Positions 47,083 through 57,411 of a stretch of DNA of 64,000 nucleotides are shown in pieces (position 1 is the first letter of the stretch; every line of letters begins with the position of its first letter). A program made the translations under genes and the position numbers. The notes under the pieces were generated by a model, which saw only the letters and a program-made list of their open reading frames with translations, made no database searches and was not told the DNA's origin. Source of the DNA: Candidatus Delongbacteria bacterium (GTDB lineage: Bacteria > CAIWAD01); contig OY760505.1 of NCBI GenBank assembly GCA_963663545.1, forward strand, positions 3,296,001 to 3,360,000. Direction: 5' to 3'.

Positions 47083-50000
47083 ATGAGACTCGGAGTCCGC
47101 TTTGAACCATTGATCCTCAGCGCTACCCTCCTGCTGCTTCCGTTTGCCAATTCCACCTTGTCCGCGCACGCTGAGATCCCCCAGCCCGATAGCCCGCACT
47201 TCCTCTACGTGAATTCCTATCGGCCGGGTTATGCCTGGTCGGATCGTATCGAGCTTTGTCTGCGCCAGCGACTGGAGCAGTTGAGCGTGCCCGCGCGCGA
47301 CCTTCACATCGAATACCTGGATGCGAAAGTGTTTGCGTACACCGCGGACAGCGCGCTGACTGAATCGGTATTGAGCCTCTGGCAACAGCGTTACCCCGTC
47401 GGCAGTCTGGATCTTGTGCTGGCCAGCGATCAGGATGCCTACGAGCTGGTGTGTCGCGCCCACGACCGGCTGTTTCCCGGACTTCCCCTGGTGTACACCG
47501 GTGTTGAGGATCCAGTATACACACCCGTGTGGAGCGTGGGGATCCATTCGGTAGCCGACATCGAGGGCAATGTGGAGCTGATTCAGCGCCTGCTGCCAGC
47601 GCACACCAGGATCTGGGCCGTCACCGATCAGTCCTTGTCCGGCCGGTTGAACCGGCAGCGACTGAGCCAGTTCATTCACAGCACCCGGACTACGGCCCGT
47701 CTGGCTTTCCTGGATCCGGGCGAGGGCCTCAGCTTGAATCAGCTGCTGGCACTGGTAGCCGATATCCCCCCCGATGACGCGGTTTACTTTGCGGACTTTG
47801 CGCTGGACACCGATGGTTACGTACCTACCATGGAGGTGCTGCCGCGGCTGACCGCTGTCTCACGCGCGCCCGTTTTCAGTCATGTGGATCAGTACATCGG
47901 CACCGGCGTTGTTGGTGGCATGGTCAGTAGCCCCGACATGCAGGGCCGGCAGCTTGCGGATCTGGCAATGGCCGTTTTGACGGGTACACTGGTTCCCGAC
48001 GGCAGGAAGATTCCTGAAAACACCAGGCCCGTGTTTGAGCGGGCCGCGCTGCGCCGCTTCGGCATTGATCCTCATCAGCTGCCCCCGGGCAGCGAGTTGC
48101 TGGGGAAGCCTGCTGTATCACATCGAGAGCTGCTGCTGTTTCTGGGTCTGCTGTTGTTTGTCATCCTGCAGTCTTTTTTGATTGTCGGATTGACACGCGC
48201 ACGACGACGTGAGCGAGCGATGCGTCTGCGAGCTGATGCGGCCGCAGTGAGTGTTGTCGAGCTCTTTGAGCATGCCCCCATTCCAATGGCTCGCTACGCG
48301 CGTGACGGGACCAGGATTATCTTGAACAGGAAGTTCTGCGAGGAGTTGGGTTACCGTCAAGCCGATCTTCCCGATCTGGCCTCCTGGTGGACACTGGCTT
48401 ATCCGGATCCTGTGATCCGTGAAAGTGTGCAAGCGACGTGGGCCGGTGTGATACAAGGCTTGCTTGTTGGCGGTAGTGGCGACGCCGGCGAATTCAGCAT
48501 CCGTTGTGGTGATGGCGTGCAGCGCGTGATGCACATCACGGCGAACCTGCTACACGATAGTGTGATCGTCAGTTTCCTGGATGTCAGCGAGAAAGTACGC
48601 GCGCACGGCGAACTGCAGAAGACCCTGGAGAACTTTCGCATCCTGTTCGACCTCTCGCCCTATTCCTGTGTGATCACGGATTACGACGGTCGTCTGTTGC
48701 TGGCTAACACAGCTTTCTGCGACTCGCTGGGATTGCCTACGGAAGAAATCCTCGGTAAAACCGGTACCGAGCTGGGCCGCTGCGTGGTCCCGAGCGAAGC
48801 TCAGGACTACATGAACGCATTGCTGGAAGCCGGTGAAATTTCAGGCAGGGAGCTATGCGTCGACGTTGCCGGCATGGGGCGGAGACACATGCTGCTGGCA
48901 ACGCGTCTGATCGAGTTTGATGACCGTCCCGCTGTGCTGAGTGCCATCATCGACGTGACGGAGCGGATCAGGGCCGAGCTCGCACTGCGCGATAGCGAAG
49001 AGAATCTGCGTATCACGCTGGACAGCATTGGCGATGCCGTGATTGCCACGGATATTCAGGGGCGTGTGTCACGTATGAATCCGGTGGCCGAGAAGCTCAC
49101 GGGCTGGACGCTTGCTGAAGCAGCCGGCAAGGGTTTGAACGCCGTCTTCCGGATTGTCAACGCAGGAACACGGGAACCCGTCACGAGTCCCGTCGAGCGT
49201 GTGATACAGACGGGCCAGGTGGTGGGTCTGGCCAACCACACTCTTCTCATCAGCCGGACTGGTGAGGAGTACCAGATTGCCGACTCGGGAGCGCCTATCC
49301 GCACAGAGGCGGGCGAACTGGTGGGTGTTGTGCTGGTCTTTCGCGATGTCAGCGAGGAGTACCGCCTGCAGGAGCAACTCGCGCAGAGTCAGAAGCTGGA
49401 CGCAGTCGGGCAGCTTGCCGGCGGCATCGCCCACGATTTCAACAATGTTCTTACCGGTATTCTGGGAGCTACCGAGCTCTTGCAGGATGGAGTGGAATCC
49501 GCCGAGGAAGAGCAGGAGTACATCGATATCATTCTGCAGGCAGTGCGGACAGCGGCGGAGCTCACACACAATCTGCTGAGTTTCGCCAGGAACCAGCCGG
49601 AGTCTTCAACGGCGGTCGACCTGCACCTTGTCATTCGTGATACACTGGCCTTGCTGGAGAAGAGTATCGACAAGCGGATCCGTATCACGCAAACGCTGAC
49701 TGCGGATGAATACCATGTGATAGGCGACGCAAGTCTGCTGCAGAGCGTCTTCCTGAACCTGGGGATCAATGCCTCACATGCCATGCCCGACGGGGGAACG
49801 CTGACCTTTCGGACGCAACTGCGCCGGCTTGGCGAGAAAGACATCGAGGCGGACAGCTTGTCGCTGGCAGCAGGCAAGTACGTAGAAATCGAGGTCGAGG
49901 ACACCGGCACCGGCATCAGTCCGGATGTACTACCCCGCATCTTTGATCCCTTCTTCACGACAAAGGCCAAGGGCAAAGGAACAGGCCTGGGGCTATCTGC

Positions 50001-50514
50001 CGTCTATGGCACTGTGAGACAGCACGGCGGCACGATTGCCGTGAATTCGCAACAGGGAGTGGGAACCTGTTTCCGCCTGTTGTTCCCGATAACGGAGCAG
50101 GAGCTTCCGGAGCCAATGGCAAACCGTGAGTCGCTGCGCGGACAAGGGCGCATTCTGCTGACCGAGGACGAACGGGCCGTCAGTACGACCACATGTCAGA
50201 TTCTGCAGCGGGCGGGTTACACCGTCAGCGTTGCCACCAACGGTGTCGAGGCGTTGGGGGCCTACCAGCCTGGTGCCTTCGATCTGGTGATCCTGGATAT
50301 GATGATGCCTGAGATGAATGGCCGCGATTGTTTTCTGGCTCTCAAGGAAAGGGACCCCGATGTACGCATCATTCTGATGTCGGGGTTCTTGCGCGAGGAA
50401 GACCTGCAGGAACTGCGGGATCTTGGTCTGTCGGGTTTTCTGCGCAAGCCCTTCTATTCGAATCTGCTATTGAACACCGTTGCAGGAATACTGCGGAATC
50501 CGGGGGCGCAATGA
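47083..50514 (+). CDS. Hybrid histidine kinase with ABC-substrate-binding-like sensor and three PAS domains
   Basis: NSYRPGYAWSD, EYLDAK; TM; PAS x3; AHDFNN; REC. Confidence 0.9.
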   Translation: MRLGVRFEPLILSATLLLLPFANSTLSAHAEIPQPDSPHFLYVNSYRPGYAWSDRIELCLRQRLEQLSVPARDLHIEYLDAKVFAYTADSALTESVLSLWQQRYPVGSLDLVLASDQDAYELVCRAHDRLFPGLPLVYTGVEDPVYTPVWSVGIHSVADIEGNVELIQRLLPAHTRIWAVTDQSLSGRLNRQRLSQFIHSTRTTARLAFLDPGEGLSLNQLLALVADIPPDDAVYFADFALDTDGYVPTMEVLPRLTAVSRAPVFSHVDQYIGTGVVGGMVSSPDMQGRQLADLAMAVLTGTLVPDGRKIPENTRPVFERAALRRFGIDPHQLPPGSELLGKPAVSHRELLLFLGLLLFVILQSFLIVGLTRARRRERAMRLRADAAAVSVVELFEHAPIPMARYARDGTRIILNRKFCEELGYRQADLPDLASWWTLAYPDPVIRESVQATWAGVIQGLLVGGSGDAGEFSIRCGDGVQRVMHITANLLHDSVIVSFLDVSEKVRAHGELQKTLENFRILFDLSPYSCVITDYDGRLLLANTAFCDSLGLPTEEILGKTGTELGRCVVPSEAQDYMNALLEAGEISGRELCVDVAGMGRRHMLLATRLIEFDDRPAVLSAIIDVTERIRAELALRDSEENLRITLDSIGDAVIATDIQGRVSRMNPVAEKLTGWTLAEAAGKGLNAVFRIVNAGTREPVTSPVERVIQTGQVVGLANHTLLISRTGEEYQIADSGAPIRTEAGELVGVVLVFRDVSEEYRLQEQLAQSQKLDAVGQLAGGIAHDFNNVLTGILGATELLQDGVESAEEEQEYIDIILQAVRTAAELTHNLLSFARNQPESSTAVDLHLVIRDTLALLEKSIDKRIRITQTLTADEYHVIGDASLLQSVFLNLGINASHAMPDGGTLTFRTQLRRLGEKDIEADSLSLAAGKYVEIEVEDTGTGISPDVLPRIFDPFFTTKAKGKGTGLGLSAVYGTVRQHGGTIAVNSQQGVGTCFRLLFPITEQELPEPMANRESLRGQGRILLTEDERAVSTTTCQILQRAGYTVSVATNGVEALGAYQPGAFDLVILDMMMPEMNGRDCFLALKERDPDVRIILMSGFLREEDLQELRDLGLSGFLRKPFYSNLLLNTVAGILRNPGAQ

Positions 50515-50795
50515 GCGACAGCAATGAAGTAGTCATGCTCCTGATCGGGCTTGGCGTTTTCGTTTTCGGCATACTGCAGCGACGACACTTGTCGCGTGTC
50601 ACGCGCGCATGGCTGCTGAGCGCGTCGTATCTCCTTCTGCTTGTTTCCTGGGTTTTCACGGTAGCGGAGGCCTATTACCTGCCAACGTTATTGAATCTGC
50701 TTGAGCATGCTTGTGCGCTGCTCAGCGCCTTGTTACTGCTCATCTGGACCTTTGCGCTGCTGATAGACAAGCAGGGAGGGGCACAGCATGATTGA
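50511..50795 (+). CDS. Small membrane protein coupled between two kinases
   Basis: ATGA overlap; three hydrophobic helices; LNLLEH. Confidence 0.7.
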   Translation: MSDSNEVVMLLIGLGVFVFGILQRRHLSRVTRAWLLSASYLLLLVSWVFTVAEAYYLPTLLNLLEHACALLSALLLLIWTFALLIDKQGGAQHD

Positions 50796-52587
50796 GTTCC
50801 TGGATCTGCTTACTCTGCTTGCAACACTGGCTGCGTTGGTTCTACTGTTGATCTACAGGCTGCCAGCACGTGGAAATGTGCCTGTCAGAATCTTGCTTGG
50901 ACTGTTGTTCTTCAGCTCGTGTTACACAGGGCTGATGGAGGCTGAGTGGACGCTGCATAGTTTGCGCTTTGAGGGTGTGGAGAATATCCTGGGGGCTTTG
51001 ATTCCCATGTGGTGGGCCTTCTTCCTCTATGGCCTGATTCAGCTGGAGCAGGAGCGCAAACTGAAAGCCAGCGAGCAGTGGCACCGTGTTACGATCAACT
51101 CCATTGGCGATGCCGTCATCACTACAGATGTTAACGGATGTGTCACACGTCTAAATCCGGTGGCCGAGAAACTGACCGGCTGGACGGCGGTAGAAGCCGC
51201 CGGGCGCACAATTCGTGAAGTGTTTCACATCGTCAGTGCAAATACACGAACTGAAGTTGAGTCCCCCGTAACACGCGTGCTCAGCACAGGACAGATTATT
51301 GGCCTGGCAAACCACACGGTTCTGATCAGCCGCAATGGACACGAATACCAGATTGCTGACTCCGGCGCGCCCATCCGCGGTGATACAGGCGAGATACTTG
51401 GCGTTGTGCTTGTCTTTCGCGATGTCACTGAGGAGTATGCACTGCAGGACAAGCTCTTTCAAAGCCAGAAGATGGATGCCATTGGACGCTTGGCCAGCGG
51501 TATCGCACACGACTTCAACAACATGCTCGGGGGCATCATTGGGGGTGCCGAGCTGCTGCGTGATATCATTCCCGATACTGCAGATCATCGTGAGTGTATC
51601 ACGCTGATTGTCGAGTCAGCCAATCGCGCGGCAGAGCTCTCCTCAAAATTGCTGGTGTTTGCTCGCAAACAACCCGTTGTCTTTCGTGTTGTCGATGTGC
51701 ATCAAGTCGTGCGTGATACGATTTCCATTCTGCAGAAGACCGTTGACAAGCGCATCAGTATCGTTGAGGAGCTAGGAGCGGAATCGGCACACATCTATGG
51801 TGACACAGTGATGCTGCAAAGCGTGTTCCTGAATCTGGGAATCAACGCTGCCGCTTCCATGCCGGACGGCGGAAACCTGAATCTGCGAACACGCTGTATC
51901 ACACTTGAGGCCGACTATTGTGCCGGCAGCGAATTCACCTTGATTCCGGGCGCCTACCTGGAGGTGGAAGTCCGTGATACAGGCTGCGGCATCCCTGCCG
52001 AGAATCTTAGCATGGTATTCGAGCCCTTCTTCACAACCAAGCTCAGTGGTGAAGGTACCGGCCTGGGCTTGGCTGCCACACACGGCGCAGTCGTTCAGCA
52101 CGAGGGATCCATTACCGTTTACAGCGAGCTGACCAAGGGAACGACATTTCGCGTATTGCTGCCTCTGACAGGCGACGAGCCCGTTGCTGACCGTGATACA
52201 GAGGTGCGCATCCACGGCAGTGGTCTTGTCCTGCTGGTGGATGACGAGCGTGCCATGCGTGTTACAGGTTCCTCCATGCTCAAACGCTTGGGTTATGAGG
52301 TAGAAATCGCCAGTAACGGTGAGGAAGCGCTACAGAAGCTGGCGGAGCTCGACGGCGATGTGTCACTGGTTCTACTGGATATGGTCATGCCGCGCATGAA
52401 CGGCGCGGATTGTTTTCGAGTCATTCATGACAAGTATCCTGATCTACCCGTACTGTTGGTCTCGGGATTCACACCTGAAGATCAGCTACAGGAATTGATG
52501 GCTCTGGGGCTGCGTGGCTTTCTGCAGAAACCCTATCAGAGCGCGCGTTTGAGCCGTGCTGTGGCTGAAGCACTGCGAGACGCTTAA
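50788..52587 (+). CDS. Membrane PAS hybrid histidine kinase
   Basis: N-terminal TMs; SIGDAVITTD PAS; AHDFNN; REC LVDDE...LDMVMP. Confidence 0.92.
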   Translation: MIEFLDLLTLLATLAALVLLLIYRLPARGNVPVRILLGLLFFSSCYTGLMEAEWTLHSLRFEGVENILGALIPMWWAFFLYGLIQLEQERKLKASEQWHRVTINSIGDAVITTDVNGCVTRLNPVAEKLTGWTAVEAAGRTIREVFHIVSANTRTEVESPVTRVLSTGQIIGLANHTVLISRNGHEYQIADSGAPIRGDTGEILGVVLVFRDVTEEYALQDKLFQSQKMDAIGRLASGIAHDFNNMLGGIIGGAELLRDIIPDTADHRECITLIVESANRAAELSSKLLVFARKQPVVFRVVDVHQVVRDTISILQKTVDKRISIVEELGAESAHIYGDTVMLQSVFLNLGINAAASMPDGGNLNLRTRCITLEADYCAGSEFTLIPGAYLEVEVRDTGCGIPAENLSMVFEPFFTTKLSGEGTGLGLAATHGAVVQHEGSITVYSELTKGTTFRVLLPLTGDEPVADRDTEVRIHGSGLVLLVDDERAMRVTGSSMLKRLGYEVEIASNGEEALQKLAELDGDVSLVLLDMVMPRMNGADCFRVIHDKYPDLPVLLVSGFTPEDQLQELMALGLRGFLQKPYQSARLSRAVAEALRDA

Positions 52588-52668
52588 CTCGCGAGAGTGT
52601 TCTTTGTCGAGCTATTGTTTGAGTCGGGACACCTGAGTACCTTGGCGCCCTCGTAATACAAGGAGGTC

Positions 52669-54207
52669 GTGGTGCAGGAGATTCAGGAAGTCCAGATCGA
52701 GTACCTCAGCTTGGAAGACTACCAAGAGCTGAGGCGTGCTAACTCAAACGCATATACCAGCATGCCCTCGTTCTACTGGACCGAGGCGCAAATCGCTTCC
52801 CTGCTCGAGAAATTCCCCGAAGGCCAGATCGTCATCAAGGTCAACGGGCAGATCGCTGGTGGAGCGCTGAGTATTATCGTGGACTCCGCCAGCTTCGAGG
52901 AATCCCATTCCTACGAAGAAATCACCGGCAATTACAGCTTCGATACGCATCAACCCGACGGCGACCTGCTCTACGGCATCGACGTGTTCGTCAAACCCGA
53001 ATTCCGTGGTCTGCGCTTGGGACGGCGCATGTACGATTACCGCAAGGATCTTTGCGAGCGCATGAACCTGCGCTCCATCCTCTTTGGCGGGCGCATCCCC
53101 AACTATCACAAGTATTCCAGCGAGATGTCACCAAAGCAGTACCTGGGGAAGGTCCGTTCGCGTGAGATCCACGATCCGGTGCTGAATTTCCAGCTTTCCA
53201 ACGATTTCCATCCGGTGCGCATTCTCAAGGGCTATTTGAAGGAAGACCTGGCTTCGGGTGAATACGCCGTGTTGCTGAAGTGGGACAATATCTACTACGA
53301 GAAGCCCAGTAACAGCCCGAACATCAACCGGCGCGTGATACGTCTGGGCATTGTGCAGTGGCAGATGCGTCCTTACAACAGCCTTGAAGAACTGATGCGC
53401 CAGGCCGAATACTTCGTCGACGCGCTCAGTGGCTACAAAAGCGATTTTGCCTTGCTGCCTGAGTTCTTCAATGCCCCGCTAATGGCGCGCTTCAACCATT
53501 TGAGCGAAGTGGACGCCATCCGGCAACTGGCCAGCTTCACCCAGGACATTGTGCAGGCCTTTGGCCGCCTGGCTATTTCCTACAACATCAATATCATCAC
53601 CGGCAGCATGCCCGAGATGGTGGACGGCGTACTCTATAATGTCGGCTACCTTTGCCGGCGCGATGGTAGTGTTGAGCGCTTCGAGAAGCTGCACGTGACA
53701 CCGGACGAAGACCGCTGCTGGGCCATGCGCGGCGGCTCGCAGCTGCGCAGTTTTGACACCGACTGCGGTCGCATCGGCATTCTGATCTGCTACGATGTGG
53801 AGTTCCCCGAATTGTCGCGCTTGCTGGCGGACGAAGGCATGAATGTGCTTTTTGTGCCCTTCCTGACGGACACACAGAACGGATACTCGCGCATTCGCAG
53901 CTGCGCCCAGGCGCGCGCCATCGAGAACGAATGCTACGTGGCCATAGCCGGTAGCGTAGGCAACCTGCCCAATGTGCACAACATGGACATCGCCTATGCG
54001 CAGTCGATGGTGTTCACGCCCTGCGATTTTGCCTTTCCCACCAACGGTGTCAAGGCGGAAGCCACACCCAATACCGAGATGATTCTGATCGCCGATGTGG
54101 ATCTGGATCTGTTAACGGGGTTGAACAAACTGGGCAGCGTGCGCAACTTGCGCGATCGTCGCAAGGACCTCTTCCAGTTGAGGCGACTGGGGCCTGAGGC
54201 GAAGTAA
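52669..54207 (+). CDS. Bifunctional GNAT / carbon-nitrogen hydrolase
   Basis: FRGLRLGRR; nitrilase triad LPEF, EKLH, ICYDVEFPE. Confidence 0.92.
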   Translation: MVQEIQEVQIEYLSLEDYQELRRANSNAYTSMPSFYWTEAQIASLLEKFPEGQIVIKVNGQIAGGALSIIVDSASFEESHSYEEITGNYSFDTHQPDGDLLYGIDVFVKPEFRGLRLGRRMYDYRKDLCERMNLRSILFGGRIPNYHKYSSEMSPKQYLGKVRSREIHDPVLNFQLSNDFHPVRILKGYLKEDLASGEYAVLLKWDNIYYEKPSNSPNINRRVIRLGIVQWQMRPYNSLEELMRQAEYFVDALSGYKSDFALLPEFFNAPLMARFNHLSEVDAIRQLASFTQDIVQAFGRLAISYNINIITGSMPEMVDGVLYNVGYLCRRDGSVERFEKLHVTPDEDRCWAMRGGSQLRSFDTDCGRIGILICYDVEFPELSRLLADEGMNVLFVPFLTDTQNGYSRIRSCAQARAIENECYVAIAGSVGNLPNVHNMDIAYAQSMVFTPCDFAFPTNGVKAEATPNTEMILIADVDLDLLTGLNKLGSVRNLRDRRKDLFQLRRLGPEAK

Positions 54208-54208
54208 A

Positions 54209-54229
54209 AAGGCCGCATGGCGCGGCCTT
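54209..54229. terminator. Hairpin terminator
   Basis: AAGGCCGC-ATGGC-GCGGCCTT immediately after the stop. Confidence 0.55.
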
Positions 54230-54258
54230 CTATCTGGCAAAGCACTTCGTTAACCGGA

Positions 54259-54459
54259 CTAGAGCATGGATCCCGTGGGTGCCATGTTATCGGCCGGGGG
54301 GGGCGCCGGTTGCCTTGCGGATCGCTTTGCGCCTGCATCATTCAGATTTGCCCTGGTCGGCGCAGTACATCTTTATCCAGCCTTCTTGATCACTTCCGAG
54401 TTGCCTCAGAAGTTGTTGAAGAAACCACATTTGGAAAGCAATTCGCATTCAGTGCACAT
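54259..54459 (-). pseudogene. Degraded small Cys-rich protein gene
   Basis: Manual reading MCTECELLSKCGFFNNF*GNSEVIKK/WIKMYCADQGKSE*CRRKAIRKATGAPP/DNMAPTGSML*, with two TGA and two frameshifts; GAGGA upstream. Confidence 0.6.
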
Positions 54460-54688
54460 GGGTCCATCCTCTTGATTGCCCCTCATCCAAACCTGATTGC
54501 AGGAGGTCTTGAAAAGGTGTTTGTTGCGCCACTTGTTGTGCGGCCCTTATTCGTCGGCATTGCGTTCTGTTCGGTTTACTCTGTAACAAACCTATGATTT
54601 AGAAAATGATCTGTATGAAATGAGGATACGAAGCTGTGAGTGTCGCTTGTGACGAAAAAAGAGGAATCCTGGCGGAGTCGGAAAAAGA

Positions 54689-54714
54689 AAGCGGTCACCC
54701 GAAGGTGACCGCTT
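54689..54714 (-). terminator. Intrinsic terminator of tRNA-rpsT
   Basis: AAGCGGTCACC-CGAA-GGTGACCGCTT with a U-rich tail on the minus strand. Confidence 0.8.
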
Positions 54715-54736
54715 GTGCTGCTTTCGGCAGGCTGGA

Positions 54737-54994
54737 TTAGTCGGCCAAACCGTTCACGAGGCGGTTTAGCGCGGACTTGCGATTGGACGCCGCATTGGCT
54801 TTAATCACGCCCTTGCAAACCAGACGATCCAGCAGACTGCTAACCAGACGCAACTGGGCCTGAGCGGCCTCGGGCTGATTCTGCTCACGCAGTTTGCGAA
54901 TCTCCGTCCGCATACGGGAACGATAGGCGCGATTGCGCGCATTGGCTTCGCCGCTGGTGCGGATTCGCTTGATGCAAGACTTGTGATGGGCCAT
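54737..54994 (-). CDS. rpsT: 30S ribosomal protein S20
   Basis: MAHHKSCIKRIR....NARNRAYRSRMRT...LDR...KGVIKANAASNRKS. Confidence 0.93.
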   Translation of the reverse strand: MAHHKSCIKRIRTSGEANARNRAYRSRMRTEIRKLREQNQPEAAQAQLRLVSSLLDRLVCKGVIKANAASNRKSALNRLVNGLAD

Positions 54995-55026
54995 TGTAAC
55001 TTCCAATCTATCCAGTACCTGAACCA

Positions 55027-55110
55027 TGCCGGGAGCGGGACTTGAACCCGCATGTCCATACGGACACACGCACCTGAAACGTGCGCGTCTACCAATTCCG
55101 CCACCCCGGC
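55027..55110 (-). tRNA. tRNA-Leu (CAG), CCA not encoded
   Basis: GCCGGGG acceptor; D-loop GGAATTGGTAGAC; anticodon loop TT-CAG-GT; long variable arm; GGTTCAAGTCC. Confidence 0.95.
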
Positions 55111-55294
55111 GAAAGACAGACCCCCAAACTATACGATTAGGTCTGATAAGTCAAGCGACCCAGCCGAAAAAAGTGCAAAATCCACATTTTCTGCAATCGC
55201 TCGCGGGACCGTCTACGTTGGCGGCTATGCGACTGATACCTTACATTGGTCGCTTTCGGGTCAACCCGAATCAAGTCTGCTTTTGAGGTGTGTG

Positions 55295-55750
55295 ATGTCC
55301 TATACATTGCCAAGTCCCTACGCCGTTTGTTCCGCTGTTGAAGCAACAGATCGCGAGGGCCTGATTCGCACGTTGGGCAAAGCGCTTGAAGGCGCGCCCC
55401 AGGTGGGAGATCTGGATACGTTCATTCGCCAGCTGCTGCGAAGAGAGGCCGAAACGCCCACCGGGCTGGAGAAGGGCTGCGCTTTGCCGCACGCGCGCTC
55501 CAGCGAAGTGGACGAAATCGTGCTGGTGGTTGGCCGCAGCGTGCAACCCATCGACTTTGGTGCCCACGACGGTCCGGCCCGCCTTTTCTTCCTGTTCGGC
55601 GTTCCCGAGCACTGCATCACACAGTATTTGAAACTTGTGGCGCGTCTGTCCATGTTGTTGAAGGATGATTCCTTCCGCGACGAACTGCTGGCAGCCGCCG
55701 ATGACAAGGCCTTGCGCGGGGTCATCGAACAGGCTCGCGCACGCTTCTAA
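55295..55750 (+). CDS. PTS EIIA (Ntr/fructose-type) domain protein
   Basis: REAETPTGLEKGCALPHAR; IDFGAHDG. Confidence 0.88.
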   Translation: MSYTLPSPYAVCSAVEATDREGLIRTLGKALEGAPQVGDLDTFIRQLLRREAETPTGLEKGCALPHARSSEVDEIVLVVGRSVQPIDFGAHDGPARLFFLFGVPEHCITQYLKLVARLSMLLKDDSFRDELLAAADDKALRGVIEQARARF

Positions 55751-55782
55751 GGCCGCGGCCCCAACGGGCCTGGAGGTACGCT

Positions 55783-55974
55783 ATGTTCGGACATTGGGAA
55801 TTCTGGGTGATCATTCTGGCCGTGCTGCTGCTCTTTGGTGGCAAGCGCGTGCCCGAGCTGGCCCGTGGGCTGGGGCGTGCCATGAACGAGTTCCGTCGTG
55901 GAATGCGGGAGAGCGTGGACGAGGTCAGCAAGGAGCTTGATGAGAAGTCCACGGATGGCCCGGACAACAAGTGA
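55783..55974 (+). CDS. tatA: Twin-arginine translocase TatA
   Basis: LLLFGGKRVPELARGLGRAMNEFR. Confidence 0.93.
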   Translation: MFGHWEFWVIILAVLLLFGGKRVPELARGLGRAMNEFRRGMRESVDEVSKELDEKSTDGPDNK

Positions 55975-56563
55975 CAGCACCGAGCTGCTCGATCTGCTTC
56001 GGCAGGGCGGGCTGCTTCTACTTCCTACCGATACCCTGTTTGGTCTTGCCGCACGGGCTGATTCCTGCGAGGCCTGCGAACGTTTGGCCGGGCTTAAGGG
56101 GCGCGATCCCGCCAAAGCGCTTCCTGTGGTGTTTCGTGATACAGTTCAGCTTTACGAGTGGATTCCACAAGCGCAGGCGCACACCAAGCTCATCGACGCG
56201 CTGCTTCCCGGCGCCCTGACCCTGGTCCTGCCAGGTTCGATACGCTTGGGTGCAGTCCGCAACGATTGGGCTGTCAGCGTGGGGATTCGCATTCCCGGCG
56301 CATGTCCCGCAAGCGAGTTGTTTGAGCAACTCCCCTGGCCGCTGGCGCTGTCGTCGGCGAATCTATCCGGTGATCCCGATCCGCGTTTCAGCCGGGAGCT
56401 GCATCCCGCCCTACTGGAGGGAGTGGACGCCATTTTGCCGGGTGAGCCGCTTCTGGGGCAGGCGACAACGGTGGTCGATCTTCGCAGAAATCCCCCCGCT
56501 ATTCTGCGCCTGGGGGTGGTAAGCGAGAATCAACTGCGGCAGCAAATCGGGAGTAGCCTGTGA
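55955..56563 (+). CDS. tsaC: Threonylcarbamoyl-AMP synthase (YrdC/Sua5)
   Basis: PTDTLFGL; KGRDPAKAL; PGALT; GIRIP; SSANLSG; start uncertain. Confidence 0.88.
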   Translation: MARTTSDSTELLDLLRQGGLLLLPTDTLFGLAARADSCEACERLAGLKGRDPAKALPVVFRDTVQLYEWIPQAQAHTKLIDALLPGALTLVLPGSIRLGAVRNDWAVSVGIRIPGACPASELFEQLPWPLALSSANLSGDPDPRFSRELHPALLEGVDAILPGEPLLGQATTVVDLRRNPPAILRLGVVSENQLRQQIGSSL

Positions 56564-57318
56564 TACGAACTGCGCTGCTCTTGCTGGTGTTGCTGGCTTC
56601 GACGCTGTCCGCGCGTACGCAATGCTGCTTCAGCCTGGGAGAGAAAATCACCTTTGACGTGGGGTGGGGGCTGATCAACGCCGGCACTGCGGTTCTGGAA
56701 ATCGCGGATACTCTCACTCTGCGCGGCAGCCCCGTCTGGCGCATCGAAAGCAGCGCCCGCAGCAACCGCGCCCTAAGCGTGCTCTATCCGGTTCGCGACC
56801 GCGTCCTCACCTTCATGGATCGCGAAGGCTTCTACAGTCATGGCATGGAGAAATACCTGCGCGAGGGGGGATACAAGAGCGACCGAATTTTCGAATTTGA
56901 CTATCCCGACCAAGTCGCCCGTCGTTACAAACACGGTGTTGCCGTGGATAGCGTGCGTCTGGCCAAGCACGTTCAGGATGTGCTGTCCGCCTTTTACTGG
57001 GTGCGTACGCAGGAGCTGGAAGTTGGCCGCAGCCTGCAGATGGAAGCCATGGATGATCTCAAATCCTACCGCATGGTTGTGCAGGTGTTGGGGCGCGAAC
57101 GGGTCAAGGTCAAAGCTGGCCGCTTCGATTGCTTCCTTGTGCAGCCGCTGCTATTGGGCGAGGGCCTCTTCAAGAGCGAGGGCGAAGTCTTCATCTGGCT
57201 CAGTGCCGACGAACGGCACATTCCCGTGAAGATGCGCAGCGAGATCTTTATTGGTGCCATCAGCGCGGTCATGACCGATTACCAACCCGGTCATTGCATT
57301 GAGAGCGTGCTGCCCTGA
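56560..57318 (+). CDS. DUF3108-like exported protein
   Basis: GEKITFDVGWG..NAG; QDVLSAFY; VKAGRFDC; IWLSADERHIPVK. Confidence 0.75.
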   Translation: MIRTALLLLVLLASTLSARTQCCFSLGEKITFDVGWGLINAGTAVLEIADTLTLRGSPVWRIESSARSNRALSVLYPVRDRVLTFMDREGFYSHGMEKYLREGGYKSDRIFEFDYPDQVARRYKHGVAVDSVRLAKHVQDVLSAFYWVRTQELEVGRSLQMEAMDDLKSYRMVVQVLGRERVKVKAGRFDCFLVQPLLLGEGLFKSEGEVFIWLSADERHIPVKMRSEIFIGAISAVMTDYQPGHCIESVLP

Positions 57319-57411
57319 TCTGCGTCCTGCCAATTTCCCTACGTTTAGCACTAGAATATCAGGGCGGAGTTTATAAGATTGTCCGCCCTAACTTTGAGTC
57401 CTGAGGTGAAT

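Noticed and set aside
54259..54459. Selenocysteine or recoded TGA in the small Cys-rich gene
   Set aside because: Frameshifts are also present, and TGA is a normal stop elsewhere in the window
55027..55110. tRNA as an island integration site
   Set aside because: No duplicated 3' end and no adjacent integrase; flanked by housekeeping genes
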